Part shown: piece after piece, positions 1-8,271 of the stretch
How positions within the stretch are numbered: position 1 is the stretch's first letter
Layout: the number at the start of each line of letters is the position of its first letter
Source of the DNA: Deltaproteobacteria bacterium
Lineage (GTDB): Bacteria; Desulfobacterota; GWC2-55-46
Assembly: GCA_016213015.1 (NCBI GenBank)
Contig: JACRCE010000013.1
Location: forward strand, 1 to 53,510
Direction: 5' to 3'
Length of the DNA stretch: 53,510 nt
Notes under the pieces: model-generated
Told to the model about the DNA's origin: nothing
Seen by the model: only the letters and a program-made list of their open reading frames with translations
Databases searched by the model: none
Program-made: the position numbers and the translations under genes

Positions 1-1100
1 ACAATCGGCGTTGGCGAGCCAGTGCCGCTCGTGGCGTCGTCCCACCTGCCAGAGGCGAGGTGCGGGTTATGACAGGTGGTGCACTCGACGGCGTAATGAA
101 CGTTTATAGGCGTAGCCGCGTCTGCATGGTAGTATGATGTCTTGCCGGTCTGTTCAGAGTCTTTTACCGGATGATGGCAGGTCTGTTCGAAGGCGGCCTT
201 TATACTGGTCTGGCCCGCATATCCATTATAGGTGGCAAGGTCGTTGTTAATAACCGGACTTCCGTCATGGCAGGTGAAGCACAGGTCTTCCGCGTCAACC
301 GGGTCCCGGCCTGATACGTTGGGCCATGTCGTTATCGGCGAGGTGGAGGGGTTTTTGTTGTTTATGTCCGCAAGCTCGACAAGTTGTTTGGGATACGGCG
401 TACCCGTTGACGCGGTTACTTCGCTTGAGCTGTACGGATAGCCATGAGGCGTGTGGCAGTTTACGCAGGTTCCGGCCTCCCACGAGGACTTTGCCGGATA
501 GGTCGAGCCGTATTGTCCGCCGGGCCACTGGACCGGGTTACGGCCCCCGGGCGGCGCAAAGTGCGCGGTTCCTTGGAACTTGGTTACGCCCTTGAAGCTG
601 TAGTCAAAAGGCGTGTCTCCTGTTATCCCGTTGGCGTCCGGGTCTGTTTCATTATGACAAAAACCGCACAGTTCGGTCCTTGTCCACTTGTCGTCATAGT
701 CTTTGAACAACAGATACTTGTCAGGGCCTGCCCCGGTTGCGCCGTGCGAACCCCAGTTCGGCACTGGTTCGTCTCCGCCGAACGAGGCGTGCGGCTCGTG
801 GCAGTGGTTACATTCGCCTGAAAGGTATTTGCCGGCTTCGTAGTTGGACGGGTCTTCGTAGGAGCCGGAGTAGTAAGGCGTGATCCTGCCGCGGTTGACG
901 CCTGTTACTCCGTCGGGGGAGTTGCCCGCGCCCGGGGCCGTGGTGCTCGATGCGCGATCAGGATACTGCGCGTCGGTTCCGCCATGCTCGGTTTGAGGAA
1001 AGACCCCGCCCGTTGCGTCAGCGTGTAATGGAAAAAGGATAATGACGGACAGGCTGAGAAGGATGCCTGAGAACAATGACCGGATGTTTAGAAGGTGCAT
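1..1100 (-). CDS. Multiheme c-type cytochrome, 3' end truncated by the window; paralog of 13527..15662
   Basis: Not in the ORF track. Manual minus-strand translation from ATG 1100 gives MHLLNIRSLFSGILLSLSVIILFPLHADA (signal peptide-like), then GKYLSGECNHCHEPHASFGG, and in-frame CGFCH, CVNCH, CFTCH and CTTCH (5 CxxCH within the window). An in-frame upstream ATG lies at 1214. Confidence 0.9.
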   Translation of the reverse strand, partial: MHLLNIRSLFSGILLSLSVIILFPLHADATGGVFPQTEHGGTDAQYPDRASSTTAPGAGNSPDGVTGVNRGRITPYYSGSYEDPSNYEAGKYLSGECNHCHEPHASFGGDEPVPNWGSHGATGAGPDKYLLFKDYDDKWTRTELCGFCHNETDPDANGITGDTPFDYSFKGVTKFQGTAHFAPPGGRNPVQWPGGQYGSTYPAKSSWEAGTCVNCHTPHGYPYSSSEVTASTGTPYPKQLVELADINNKNPSTSPITTWPNVSGRDPVDAEDLCFTCHDGSPVINNDLATYNGYAGQTSIKAAFEQTCHHPVKDSEQTGKTSYYHADAATPINVHYAVECTTCHNPHLASGRWDDATSGTGSPTPI

Positions 1101-1105
1101 TGCCG

Positions 1106-1123
1106 GTGTGTGTGTGTGTGTGT
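1106..1123. repeat. (GT)9/(AC)9 dinucleotide simple sequence repeat
   Basis: Directly visible tract gtgtgtgtgtgtgtgtgt just upstream of the ATG at 1100. Confidence 0.95.
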
Positions 1124-1152
1124 TGCAAGACCAATGCCACGGAGGACACCAC

Positions 1153-1320
1153 CTCCCCCTTGACCGCCTCAAGAGCAACCTTCGCCTTGAACGCCCGTCA
1201 AGCTTTTTCTTCATCTGTCACACCTCCTTTACGGATTCGGGGCGCCCGCCATTATGGCGGGTCGGGCTATCCTGCACCAAATACCCTTGTCTGAATTTCG
1301 GGGAGTATTATACTCCCCGA
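1153..1320 (-). mobile_element. IS3-family remnant (left end plus frameshifted start of OrfA)
   Basis: The minus strand reads AAAGGAGG-8nt-ATG AAG AAA AAG. In a shifted frame it encodes AFKAKVALEAVKGE, the typical IS3 OrfA N-terminus. Upstream are TACTCCCCGAAATTCAGACA (IS3 IR-like) and a hairpin TCGGGGAGTA-TTA-TACTCCCCGA at 1298-1320. Confidence 0.6.
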
Positions 1321-1375
1321 CGGGCTGCTTATTGCCCGCTGTCATATCCCGAAAAACCAACGTAGGTTAAAAAAA

Positions 1376-1891
1376 CTATCTTTGAAGGTCTATGCCCGCA
1401 TGTTCTCCGCTCGCCTCGTCGGTTAAGGCCAGAAGATTTCCGGTAAGCTCCGTAACCCTGTAGCCGTCCAGCTTATCGCCCTTCTTCACGATGAATACGT
1501 CATTGCCCTTGCTCAAAAACGCGGTCTTGTTGTCCTCTTTTTCAAGGAAACCGAGGAACTTGAGCCCGGAGGCGAATGTCTTGAATTTTGAAGGAGGCGG
1601 GGGGAGTTCAGGGAGCGTGGGCGCCGGCAAGGCTGTCGCATCAGGTTTCTTGACCTCTTCCCTCAAAGTGGCGAATATGTCCTTTACGACCCCTTTGTAC
1701 GCTGGACGGGTCTTGTCAAGCAGGCGAAGCTCTATCCCCGGTCCGGCCCCGGCGCGCTCTTTTTTGATCCCGGCGGGTCTTGCCTGAGTCTCCGGTTTTT
1801 TATCGCTCCCGCTGAAAAACAGCAGGTCGTACAATATTACAGCCGCGAATACCAGCGCCAGCATTATCAAAAGCCGTTTTTTATCACCCAC
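1376..1891 (-). CDS. T2SS-associated bitopic protein (PilP/GspC-like)
   Basis: N-terminal TM helix, Pro-rich linker and C-terminal LKFLGFLEKEDNKTAFLSKGNDVFIVKKGD motif; last gene of the Gsp/Pil operon. Confidence 0.7.
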   Translation of the reverse strand: MGDKKRLLIMLALVFAAVILYDLLFFSGSDKKPETQARPAGIKKERAGAGPGIELRLLDKTRPAYKGVVKDIFATLREEVKKPDATALPAPTLPELPPPPSKFKTFASGLKFLGFLEKEDNKTAFLSKGNDVFIVKKGDKLDGYRVTELTGNLLALTDEASGEHAGIDLQR

Positions 1892-1939
1892 TGTCCGTCC
1901 TCTTTGTCCGCGATAAAACCGTTTGGCGCCGATGCGAAG

Positions 1940-2470
1940 CTACATGAAATATATCGTCGCCTTCACCTTGAGGGATATGTCGCCGCCCTCCTTCGCCCCT
2001 GTAAGGGATATATCCTCTATTACAATCGGGTATTTCGACGACTCGAGGCCGTAGATGAACCTCTTCAACTGAGCGTAGCCGCCTTCCATGGGAAACGAGA
2101 ACGTATACCTTGAGATGTCGGTGTCCTTTCCCGTCTCGGGCTTGTAATCACCCGAATCTATCTTGAGTCCGTTTCCTCTGGCCATGCCGAATATTTCGCC
2201 GAGTATTTTTGAAATGGCCTCTCGCTCCGGGAGCGTCTTTTTGAAGGCCGCCACTCCGACAGCCGCCCTCTCCGGAGACTTGGCCTTGCCGATTGATGAT
2301 CCCCTGAGTCCGTCTATGCGCTCTTCCAACGACGCTATCAGCGACTTCTGATGGTCTATGACCGTAAGCATGAAGACGACGTTCGCGGCGATAAGCGCCG
2401 CGGATACGACGAAAAGGAACAGCGTCAAAGGCTGCACCGACCTCTTTATGGATAAAAAAAGGCCGGTCAT
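1940..2470 (-). CDS. PilO/GspM-like alignment protein
   Basis: N-terminal TM helix, coiled coil, and FPMEGGYAQLKRFIYGLE motif typical of PilO. Confidence 0.8.
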   Translation of the reverse strand: MTGLFLSIKRSVQPLTLFLFVVSAALIAANVVFMLTVIDHQKSLIASLEERIDGLRGSSIGKAKSPERAAVGVAAFKKTLPEREAISKILGEIFGMARGNGLKIDSGDYKPETGKDTDISRYTFSFPMEGGYAQLKRFIYGLESSKYPIVIEDISLTGAKEGGDISLKVKATIYFM

Positions 2471-3021
2471 TGCCCCTCTTTCATGGAGTATCCCGCCGAA
2501 ACGGTAAAGAGCACCATCCCTCCCTTGTCCTCGGAATGTTTAAGGAGAAATACGTCCTTGAACCTCTTTGCTCGCTCCATCGTCTCCACCATCGCCAGCA
2601 CGTCGCTCATCTTCTTTGCCCGGCCGCCGACGGCCACCGAGCTTTTTTCGAAAACAGGGCTTATCCTCAGTATCTGTACGTTCCGCGGCACTCCGGCCTC
2701 GAGGTCGGTCAATAGCCCGGTCCATGACAAGGTCTTTCTGAGAATCAGTTCGTTTATGAACTCTATGTCTTTTGCAAGCATCTTCGGGTCAACGGGTTTA
2801 AGCGCCGCATGGTCTTGCTTGGCGGTTTTTTTTTCAAGGAGGTTCAAGTGAGCGTTGAGCCTTGTGATGCTTGCGCCGTTTGTCCTGTATGCGTCTATGT
2901 TGCCCCATGTGAAAAGAAGGGACAGGGCCAGGAGTATCGGCGCGGCTGTTTTAGCGGCCTTGCCTCCAGCGCCCATGCGCGTTGCGAGGTTTATGTTCGC
3001 GGGTATCTTCTTGTCTTTCAT
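2467..3021 (-). CDS. PilN-like alignment protein
   Basis: INLA motif, TM helix, and SWTGLLTDLEAGVPRNVQILRI; overlaps both neighbours by 4 nt. Confidence 0.8.
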   Translation of the reverse strand: MKDKKIPANINLATRMGAGGKAAKTAAPILLALSLLFTWGNIDAYRTNGASITRLNAHLNLLEKKTAKQDHAALKPVDPKMLAKDIEFINELILRKTLSWTGLLTDLEAGVPRNVQILRISPVFEKSSVAVGGRAKKMSDVLAMVETMERAKRFKDVFLLKHSEDKGGMVLFTVSAGYSMKEGQ

Positions 3022-3890
3022 ATCCCTGCACCGAGAGCGGCCAAAACCGCCACTTGGCTTTCTACATCGAGACTGAAGGCGTCGAGGCTTAAAAAGGCCG
3101 ATGCCTGCACCTCCTCCAACTCCGTATCGAGCGCGCTTTTTACCAGTTCCTTAAAGCCGTCCGTCGCGCCGAAGAGGCGGACCTTTTCAAGAGGCGAGCA
3201 TGATCTTTTTCCAATATGCGCCCTGTACGATAGAAACGACGCGCTGAGTTCCCTTGCCGCCCCGGAGGCCGGCGACTCCTTGCACCTGTAGTAGTCGAGA
3301 TGAGCGCCTGAGCAGATCATCACCGTGAAATGATCGTCTATGAACGTTATCACGGAAATATCCATGTTTGACTCCTTGCCGGCCAAAAGAAGGTTGAGTA
3401 GGTTTAAGGAATGTATGTTGATCCTCTCCGCATATAGACCGAGCGACCCTAAAGCGTCCTCGATCTCCCCGATGATATCCCTTTTGACGGCCACGGCAAG
3501 CACCTTAACGGTCTTGTCCCTTGACAGCGTATGATGGCTCAACTTGAAGTCGAGGAGGCTTAAGTTCAAGAACCTCCCCGCCTTGAGCCTTATCATCTCG
3601 TCCGCCTCGCTTTCCTTGGCGCTCAGATCATCGAGTTCCAGTATGACGACGTGCGCGAGATAGTCCGGTATCGAGACGGCTATGCCGCCTTTTTTTATCC
3701 CGGCCGCTATAACCGCTCTTTTCGCGCAATCGGCTAAGCCCGCGCCGGCGCGGGTATGCACACCGTGAGCCTTGCCTAATCCGGTCAAGACCCAGCCCGA
3801 CGAGCGTTTTTCCGCCGTAATGGCAACGGCGGCGCCCCCGAGGTAAAATCCAGCGGTTTTTTTTCCGGAGCCGTACATTGCCGTATTCAC
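3018..3890 (-). CDS. PilM/GspL-like cytoplasmic platform protein
   Basis: IAVSIPD and VLAVAVKRDII motifs; lies between the ATPase and pilN. Confidence 0.7.
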   Translation of the reverse strand: MNTAMYGSGKKTAGFYLGGAAVAITAEKRSSGWVLTGLGKAHGVHTRAGAGLADCAKRAVIAAGIKKGGIAVSIPDYLAHVVILELDDLSAKESEADEMIRLKAGRFLNLSLLDFKLSHHTLSRDKTVKVLAVAVKRDIIGEIEDALGSLGLYAERINIHSLNLLNLLLAGKESNMDISVITFIDDHFTVMICSGAHLDYYRCKESPASGAARELSASFLSYRAHIGKRSCSPLEKVRLFGATDGFKELVKSALDTELEEVQASAFLSLDAFSLDVESQVAVLAALGAGI

Positions 3891-5605
3891 TCCACGAATG
3901 TAACTCTGTTGATGTCCCTTAACGTAGTATCGCCCTTGATGACGCTTGCGACGGCGGCTTGCCTCAGCGTCAACATTCCGGAATCAACCGCCTTTTTCTT
4001 AAGAACGGACATGGGCGCCTTTGCGGCGATCATGTCCCTTATCTCGTCGTTTAAGTCGAGGAGCTCCACTACGGCCTTCCTGCCCCTGTAGCCGGTATTG
4101 TGGCACTCTGAACAGCCCGCGCCTTCAAAAAACGTCGCCTTGCCGCACCCGTCAGAGGAGATGCCGGATTTGTCAAGCTCCTCGGCGCTCAACTTGACGG
4201 GCCTTTTGCAGTTGTTGCATATAAGGCGTATGAGCCTCTGCGCGAGCACGCAGTTGAGCGAAGAAACGAAGTTGTACGGCTCGATCCCCATGTGTATGAA
4301 CCTGCCTATGACGTCGAAGACGTTGTTTGCGTGTACCGTCGTGAATACAAGATGCCCTGTGAGGGCCGCCTGTATCGCTATCTGGGCGGTCTCGGGGTCG
4401 CGTATCTCGCCGACCATTATCTTGTCCGGGTCGTGTCTCAGTATGGATCTCAAGCCCCTGGCAAAGGTAAGCCCCTTTTTCTCGTTCACCTGTATCTGGA
4501 CTATCCCCTTCAACTCGTACTCCACGGGGTCCTCGATCGTTATGATCTTGTCCTCGCCGGTGTTTATCTCGGATACCGCGGCGTAGAGGGTCGTGGTCTT
4601 GCCGCTCCCTGTGGGGCCGGTAACGAGGACCATGCCGTAAGGCTCCTTTATCATCCTCCTCAGGCGGGATACCTCCTTTTCGCCGAACCCGAGGCTCTCA
4701 AGCGTGAGACCCTCGACGTCCTTCGCGATATGCTCCTTGTCGAGTATCCTTATCACCGCGTCCTCGCCGTGAACGCACGGCATGATGGAGACCCTGAAGT
4801 CCGTGGTCTTGTTCTTGAACCTGACCTTGAACCTTCCATCCTGCGGGATCCTTCGCTCGGATATGTCAAGCTCGCTCATCACCTTTATCCTCGAGATGAT
4901 GCTCGCCTGGAATCTTTTGTCAACCGGATCCATCACCCTGTGCAGCACACCGTCTATCCTGTATTTGACGTTCAGGCCGTCTCTTCCGGATTCAAGGTGT
5001 ATGTCGCTGGCCCGTTTCGAGATGGCGTCGTAGATGATCGTGTCCACGAGCTTTACCACGGGGCTCGCGTCCTCGGCTATCTTTTCTATGGTCAGCGCCT
5101 CGTCGCTTTCCTCAACCTCAGTAAGTACCTCGGCGTTGAAGCCGTCGGCCGCCTCTTTCAATATCTTTACGGAGCCGCGGCCGCTGTTTAAGAGAGCGTC
5201 TATCGCGCCGGAAGATGCAACCGCCGTCCTTCCGGGGATCAGCCCGTTGCTTTTTATTATCCGCTCGACGTTGTCGAGCATGAGGACGTCCGTAGGGTCC
5301 GAGGTCAGGATAAAGGGTTCGCCGCCGCGTCTGACGGGTACGAGCCTGAACCTGTGCATGAGTTCGGACGGGATAAAATCAAGCATCTCCTCGTCTATCG
5401 CGACGCCCTCCTCGTCCACGGCGTCGAGGCCGTACTGAAGGGCAAGCGCTTTGGCAAGTTCCTTGCCGCTTATGAGCCCGAGCCTTATGCATGCCTCGCC
5501 GAAACGCACCCCCTCTTTTCCGGAGAAGGTCAAGACCTCTTCGATCTTGTTTTCCTCCAGCGCCGCCATGCCGACGAGTATCTCTCCTATTTTTTTAAAT
5601 GTCAT
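3887..5605 (-). CDS. gspE: Type II secretion/pilus assembly ATPase (GspE/PilB family)
   Basis: ASDIHLE, Walker A GPTGSGKTT, TIEDPVE, LRHDPDKIMVGEIRD, and CxxC...CxxC zinc site. Confidence 0.95.
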   Translation of the reverse strand: MTFKKIGEILVGMAALEENKIEEVLTFSGKEGVRFGEACIRLGLISGKELAKALALQYGLDAVDEEGVAIDEEMLDFIPSELMHRFRLVPVRRGGEPFILTSDPTDVLMLDNVERIIKSNGLIPGRTAVASSGAIDALLNSGRGSVKILKEAADGFNAEVLTEVEESDEALTIEKIAEDASPVVKLVDTIIYDAISKRASDIHLESGRDGLNVKYRIDGVLHRVMDPVDKRFQASIISRIKVMSELDISERRIPQDGRFKVRFKNKTTDFRVSIMPCVHGEDAVIRILDKEHIAKDVEGLTLESLGFGEKEVSRLRRMIKEPYGMVLVTGPTGSGKTTTLYAAVSEINTGEDKIITIEDPVEYELKGIVQIQVNEKKGLTFARGLRSILRHDPDKIMVGEIRDPETAQIAIQAALTGHLVFTTVHANNVFDVIGRFIHMGIEPYNFVSSLNCVLAQRLIRLICNNCKRPVKLSAEELDKSGISSDGCGKATFFEGAGCSECHNTGYRGRKAVVELLDLNDEIRDMIAAKAPMSVLKKKAVDSGMLTLRQAAVASVIKGDTTLRDINRVTFVE

Positions 5606-5674
5606 AGGCTCAAACCTTTTACATGTCTTTCCGTCCCGCCGCTTTGACGCAAAATCAAGCCGTCCGTCCGGTTC

Positions 5675-6874
5675 TCATACCCTCGACCCGAGTTGGAATA
5701 TGGGCAGGTACATGAGCACCACGATAGCGCCTATGATAAGGCCCATGATCAGCATCAGGGCGGGCTCAAGCAGGTCGGTAAGTATCCCTACCCTGTGGCT
5801 TACCTCCTGCTCATGAAAGTCCGCAATTGCCTCGAGGATGCCCGGAAGACCGGCCGACTTCTCCCCGACGCTGAACATCCTCAGGGTTATATCAGGCAAC
5901 AGCCCCTCTCTCGATATCGCCTCGGTGACGGACTCTCCCTCCTTCGTCTTTTTTATCGCCCTGGAGAGCTTCTCTTCCATAACCGCGTTGTTCAGCACGC
6001 CCTTTGCCGTCTCAAGGCTCTCTATGAGCTGAATGCCTGAGTTGAGCACCATGGCGAGCGTCCTTGCGAACTTGGCTATCGCGTATCCCGTGTATATATA
6101 GCCGACCTGCGGCATCTTGAGCTTGATGCCGTCGATATAGAATCTAGCGGCCCGGTTCCGGTACGCATAACGCGCAATGAACGATAGAGAGGCTGTAAGC
6201 ACGACTATCCACAGGAGATTGCGCTTCAAAAACCACGAGAGGTTTATCAATATCCGCGTGGGAAGCGGCAGTTCTCCTCCGGTCTCCATGTATATCTCGG
6301 TAAAGGAGGGCACCACGTAACTTAGGAGAAAACCGATTACGACCATGCTCGCCGTTGCAAGCACGGCCGGATATATGGCCGCTGACACTATCTTCTTCCT
6401 TATCGCCTCGGTTTTTTTCTGAAACTCGATATAGCCCTTTATGGACGGGACAAGGTCTCCAGTGCGCTCTCCGGCGGCTATTGCCGCGGTATACATCTCT
6501 GGAAAAACCGACGGGTTTTTCCTCATGGCCTCCGAGAGGCTCTGCCCGTTCTTTATCCCGGCCGCGGCGTCCGCTATGGCCGATGCAAGATGCGCATTCT
6601 TCTGGCTTTTCATCAGAGTCTCAAGGCCGTCCAACACGGGCAATCCGGCCTTAAGGAGGGTGAAAAACCCGTAATTAAAGACAAGGAAGTCCCCGGACTT
6701 AACCTTTCCGGCGCGCTTGAGAACCGGAAAAGAAAACCCCTTCCGACTTACCGATATAGGGAACAGGCCCTCTTTTTCAAGCTCTATCAGGAGGGCTTCC
6801 CGTGTAGACGCCTCGATATGTTTCCGAATGATCTTGCCGTCAAGCGTGCCCGCCCTTACCTTGAATGTAGTCAT
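5675..6874 (-). CDS. gspF: Type II secretion inner-membrane platform protein (GspF/PilC)
   Basis: Two T2SSF repeats (AGERTGDL; VGEKSAGL), AAIYP, and LEPALMLIMG...MYLPIF. Confidence 0.95.
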   Translation of the reverse strand: MTTFKVRAGTLDGKIIRKHIEASTREALLIELEKEGLFPISVSRKGFSFPVLKRAGKVKSGDFLVFNYGFFTLLKAGLPVLDGLETLMKSQKNAHLASAIADAAAGIKNGQSLSEAMRKNPSVFPEMYTAAIAAGERTGDLVPSIKGYIEFQKKTEAIRKKIVSAAIYPAVLATASMVVIGFLLSYVVPSFTEIYMETGGELPLPTRILINLSWFLKRNLLWIVVLTASLSFIARYAYRNRAARFYIDGIKLKMPQVGYIYTGYAIAKFARTLAMVLNSGIQLIESLETAKGVLNNAVMEEKLSRAIKKTKEGESVTEAISREGLLPDITLRMFSVGEKSAGLPGILEAIADFHEQEVSHRVGILTDLLEPALMLIMGLIIGAIVVLMYLPIFQLGSRV

Positions 6875-6886
6875 GGCCAGTCGCCT

Positions 6887-7402
6887 CTACTTCTTTTCCG
6901 CCGGCCTCGCAGCCGGCGCCGCAACAGGCACGTAAATGAACGCCCATTCGCTGTATTTCGTCTTGCCCTCAAGTCCCTGAAGCGCCTGTGAAAAGCCTTT
7001 CCTCTTATATGCGTGCCTTGCGCTCCTGCTCTTTACGCCCATGATCCCCCCGTCAGCGGCCTTTATAAGCTCCCAGTCGGCCTTGCCTGTCATGGGGTCC
7101 GTATAGAGCTTCCTCAAATGCTTTTTTACAACCGGCCACCTTTTGTCGTTAATGAGGTCTTCAAGCGTCCTTGGGTAGGTCTTCGCCCCGGGGCTCTCCT
7201 CGTAATAACCGCCTATGGCCTTTCTTATCTGATCCCCCTTGAATAAAAGCTCCGCCTCCTTCTCCCTCTTGGCGGCCGTGCTCCACACCTGCCCCGCCGA
7301 GGCGAGGGCTATCCCCATTACCGTTATCATGAAGAGCGCCGTCAGGTACGTGAACCCGCCGTTGTCCGATAAGCTGCAAGCGCGTCCCATCTGTTTTACC
7401 AC
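6887..7402 (-). CDS. Minor pseudopilin
   Basis: GFTYLTALFMI prepilin-like N-terminus, KREKEAELL, YPRTLEDL and LRKLYTDPMTG. Confidence 0.85.
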   Translation of the reverse strand: MVKQMGRACSLSDNGGFTYLTALFMITVMGIALASAGQVWSTAAKREKEAELLFKGDQIRKAIGGYYEESPGAKTYPRTLEDLINDKRWPVVKKHLRKLYTDPMTGKADWELIKAADGGIMGVKSRSARHAYKRKGFSQALQGLEGKTKYSEWAFIYVPVAAPAARPAEKK

Positions 7403-7842
7403 TCGTTATACGGCGTACCGTTGTTGCCTGTAAGGGCGCTCCCGCTCTTTACGTCAAAGACGCCGGTCTCGCCCTCGGCAGGTACCTCCACCCACGTGTC
7501 CTTGGATCTGGTGAACGGGTCCGCGGGAACCGAACGTATATACTTCTTCTCAACGAGGCTGATGAGTCCCTGAGGGTACTCCCCCGCGTCGGCGTAGTAT
7601 TTGTCTATCGCCTCGCGCATCTGGTAGAGGTTTTCCTTGAGCGCCGCCTCCCGCGCGCTTACGACCGATTTATGATAGAGCGGAGCGGCTATTCCGGCAA
7701 CTATCCCGATGAGGGTAAGGACTATCAACAGTTCAATTAAGGTAAACCCTCTTGTTGCCGCGGCAATGCCCCTGCTCGCATCACCATGTATTGTAAGCGG
7801 TCCCGTCAAGGGCTGTCTCCGTGCTCTTCGAATAGACGTCAA
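7396..7842 (-). CDS. gspG: Pseudopilin GspG (OxpG-like); start uncertain
   Basis: GFTLIELLIV methylation site, AREAALKENLYQMREAIDKYYADAGEYP and YIRSVPADP. The expected coupled ATG at 7787 is out of frame (see findings). Confidence 0.85.
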   Translation of the reverse strand: MTSIRRARRQPLTGPLTIHGDASRGIAAATRGFTLIELLIVLTLIGIVAGIAAPLYHKSVVSAREAALKENLYQMREAIDKYYADAGEYPQGLISLVEKKYIRSVPADPFTRSKDTWVEVPAEGETGVFDVKSGSALTGNNGTPYNEW

Positions 7843-8254
7843 AGATATCGTCGCCTTCTTTCGGATCGTCGGGGTCGCTCCGGTAGCTTCTCAACCCCCA
7901 TGTCTTCTCCGGCGCAAGATCGGCGTCGGGGTTCATGGGATCCCTTGGGATTCTGCGGAGGAATCGTATCTTTTTTCCGGCCTCGGGGGAAGAAGCGTCG
8001 TCAACCCCGCTTACCAGCGACGCAAGGTCCGGCGGATAACCGGACTCTCCGATGTTTTTTTTGATCTTGTCGTTGTCCCATGCCGTCTTGTACGCGTCCA
8101 AGGCGTTGCGCATCGCCCTCAGATCATAGCGCAGTTCCATCTCCTTCGATCTTTTAACGGACGTTTTGGACAACGGGATTACCATCGAGGCCAGTATGGA
8201 AATTATCGCTATCGTGATGACAAGCTCGATAAAGGTAAAACCTTTTTTCCCCAT
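7781..8254 (-). CDS. Pseudopilin (GspG-like)
   Basis: KKGFTFIELVITIAI, KRSKEMELR and FLRRIPRDP. Confidence 0.9.
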   Translation of the reverse strand: MGKKGFTFIELVITIAIISILASMVIPLSKTSVKRSKEMELRYDLRAMRNALDAYKTAWDNDKIKKNIGESGYPPDLASLVSGVDDASSPEAGKKIRFLRRIPRDPMNPDADLAPEKTWGLRSYRSDPDDPKEGDDIFDVYSKSTETALDGTAYNTW

Positions 8255-8271
8255 GGTGTAACCTTTAAGCC

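Noticed and set aside
232-1365. Short ORFs listed in the track at the left edge
   Set aside because: They are antisense or out-of-frame shadows of the minus-strand cytochrome gene and the IS relic.
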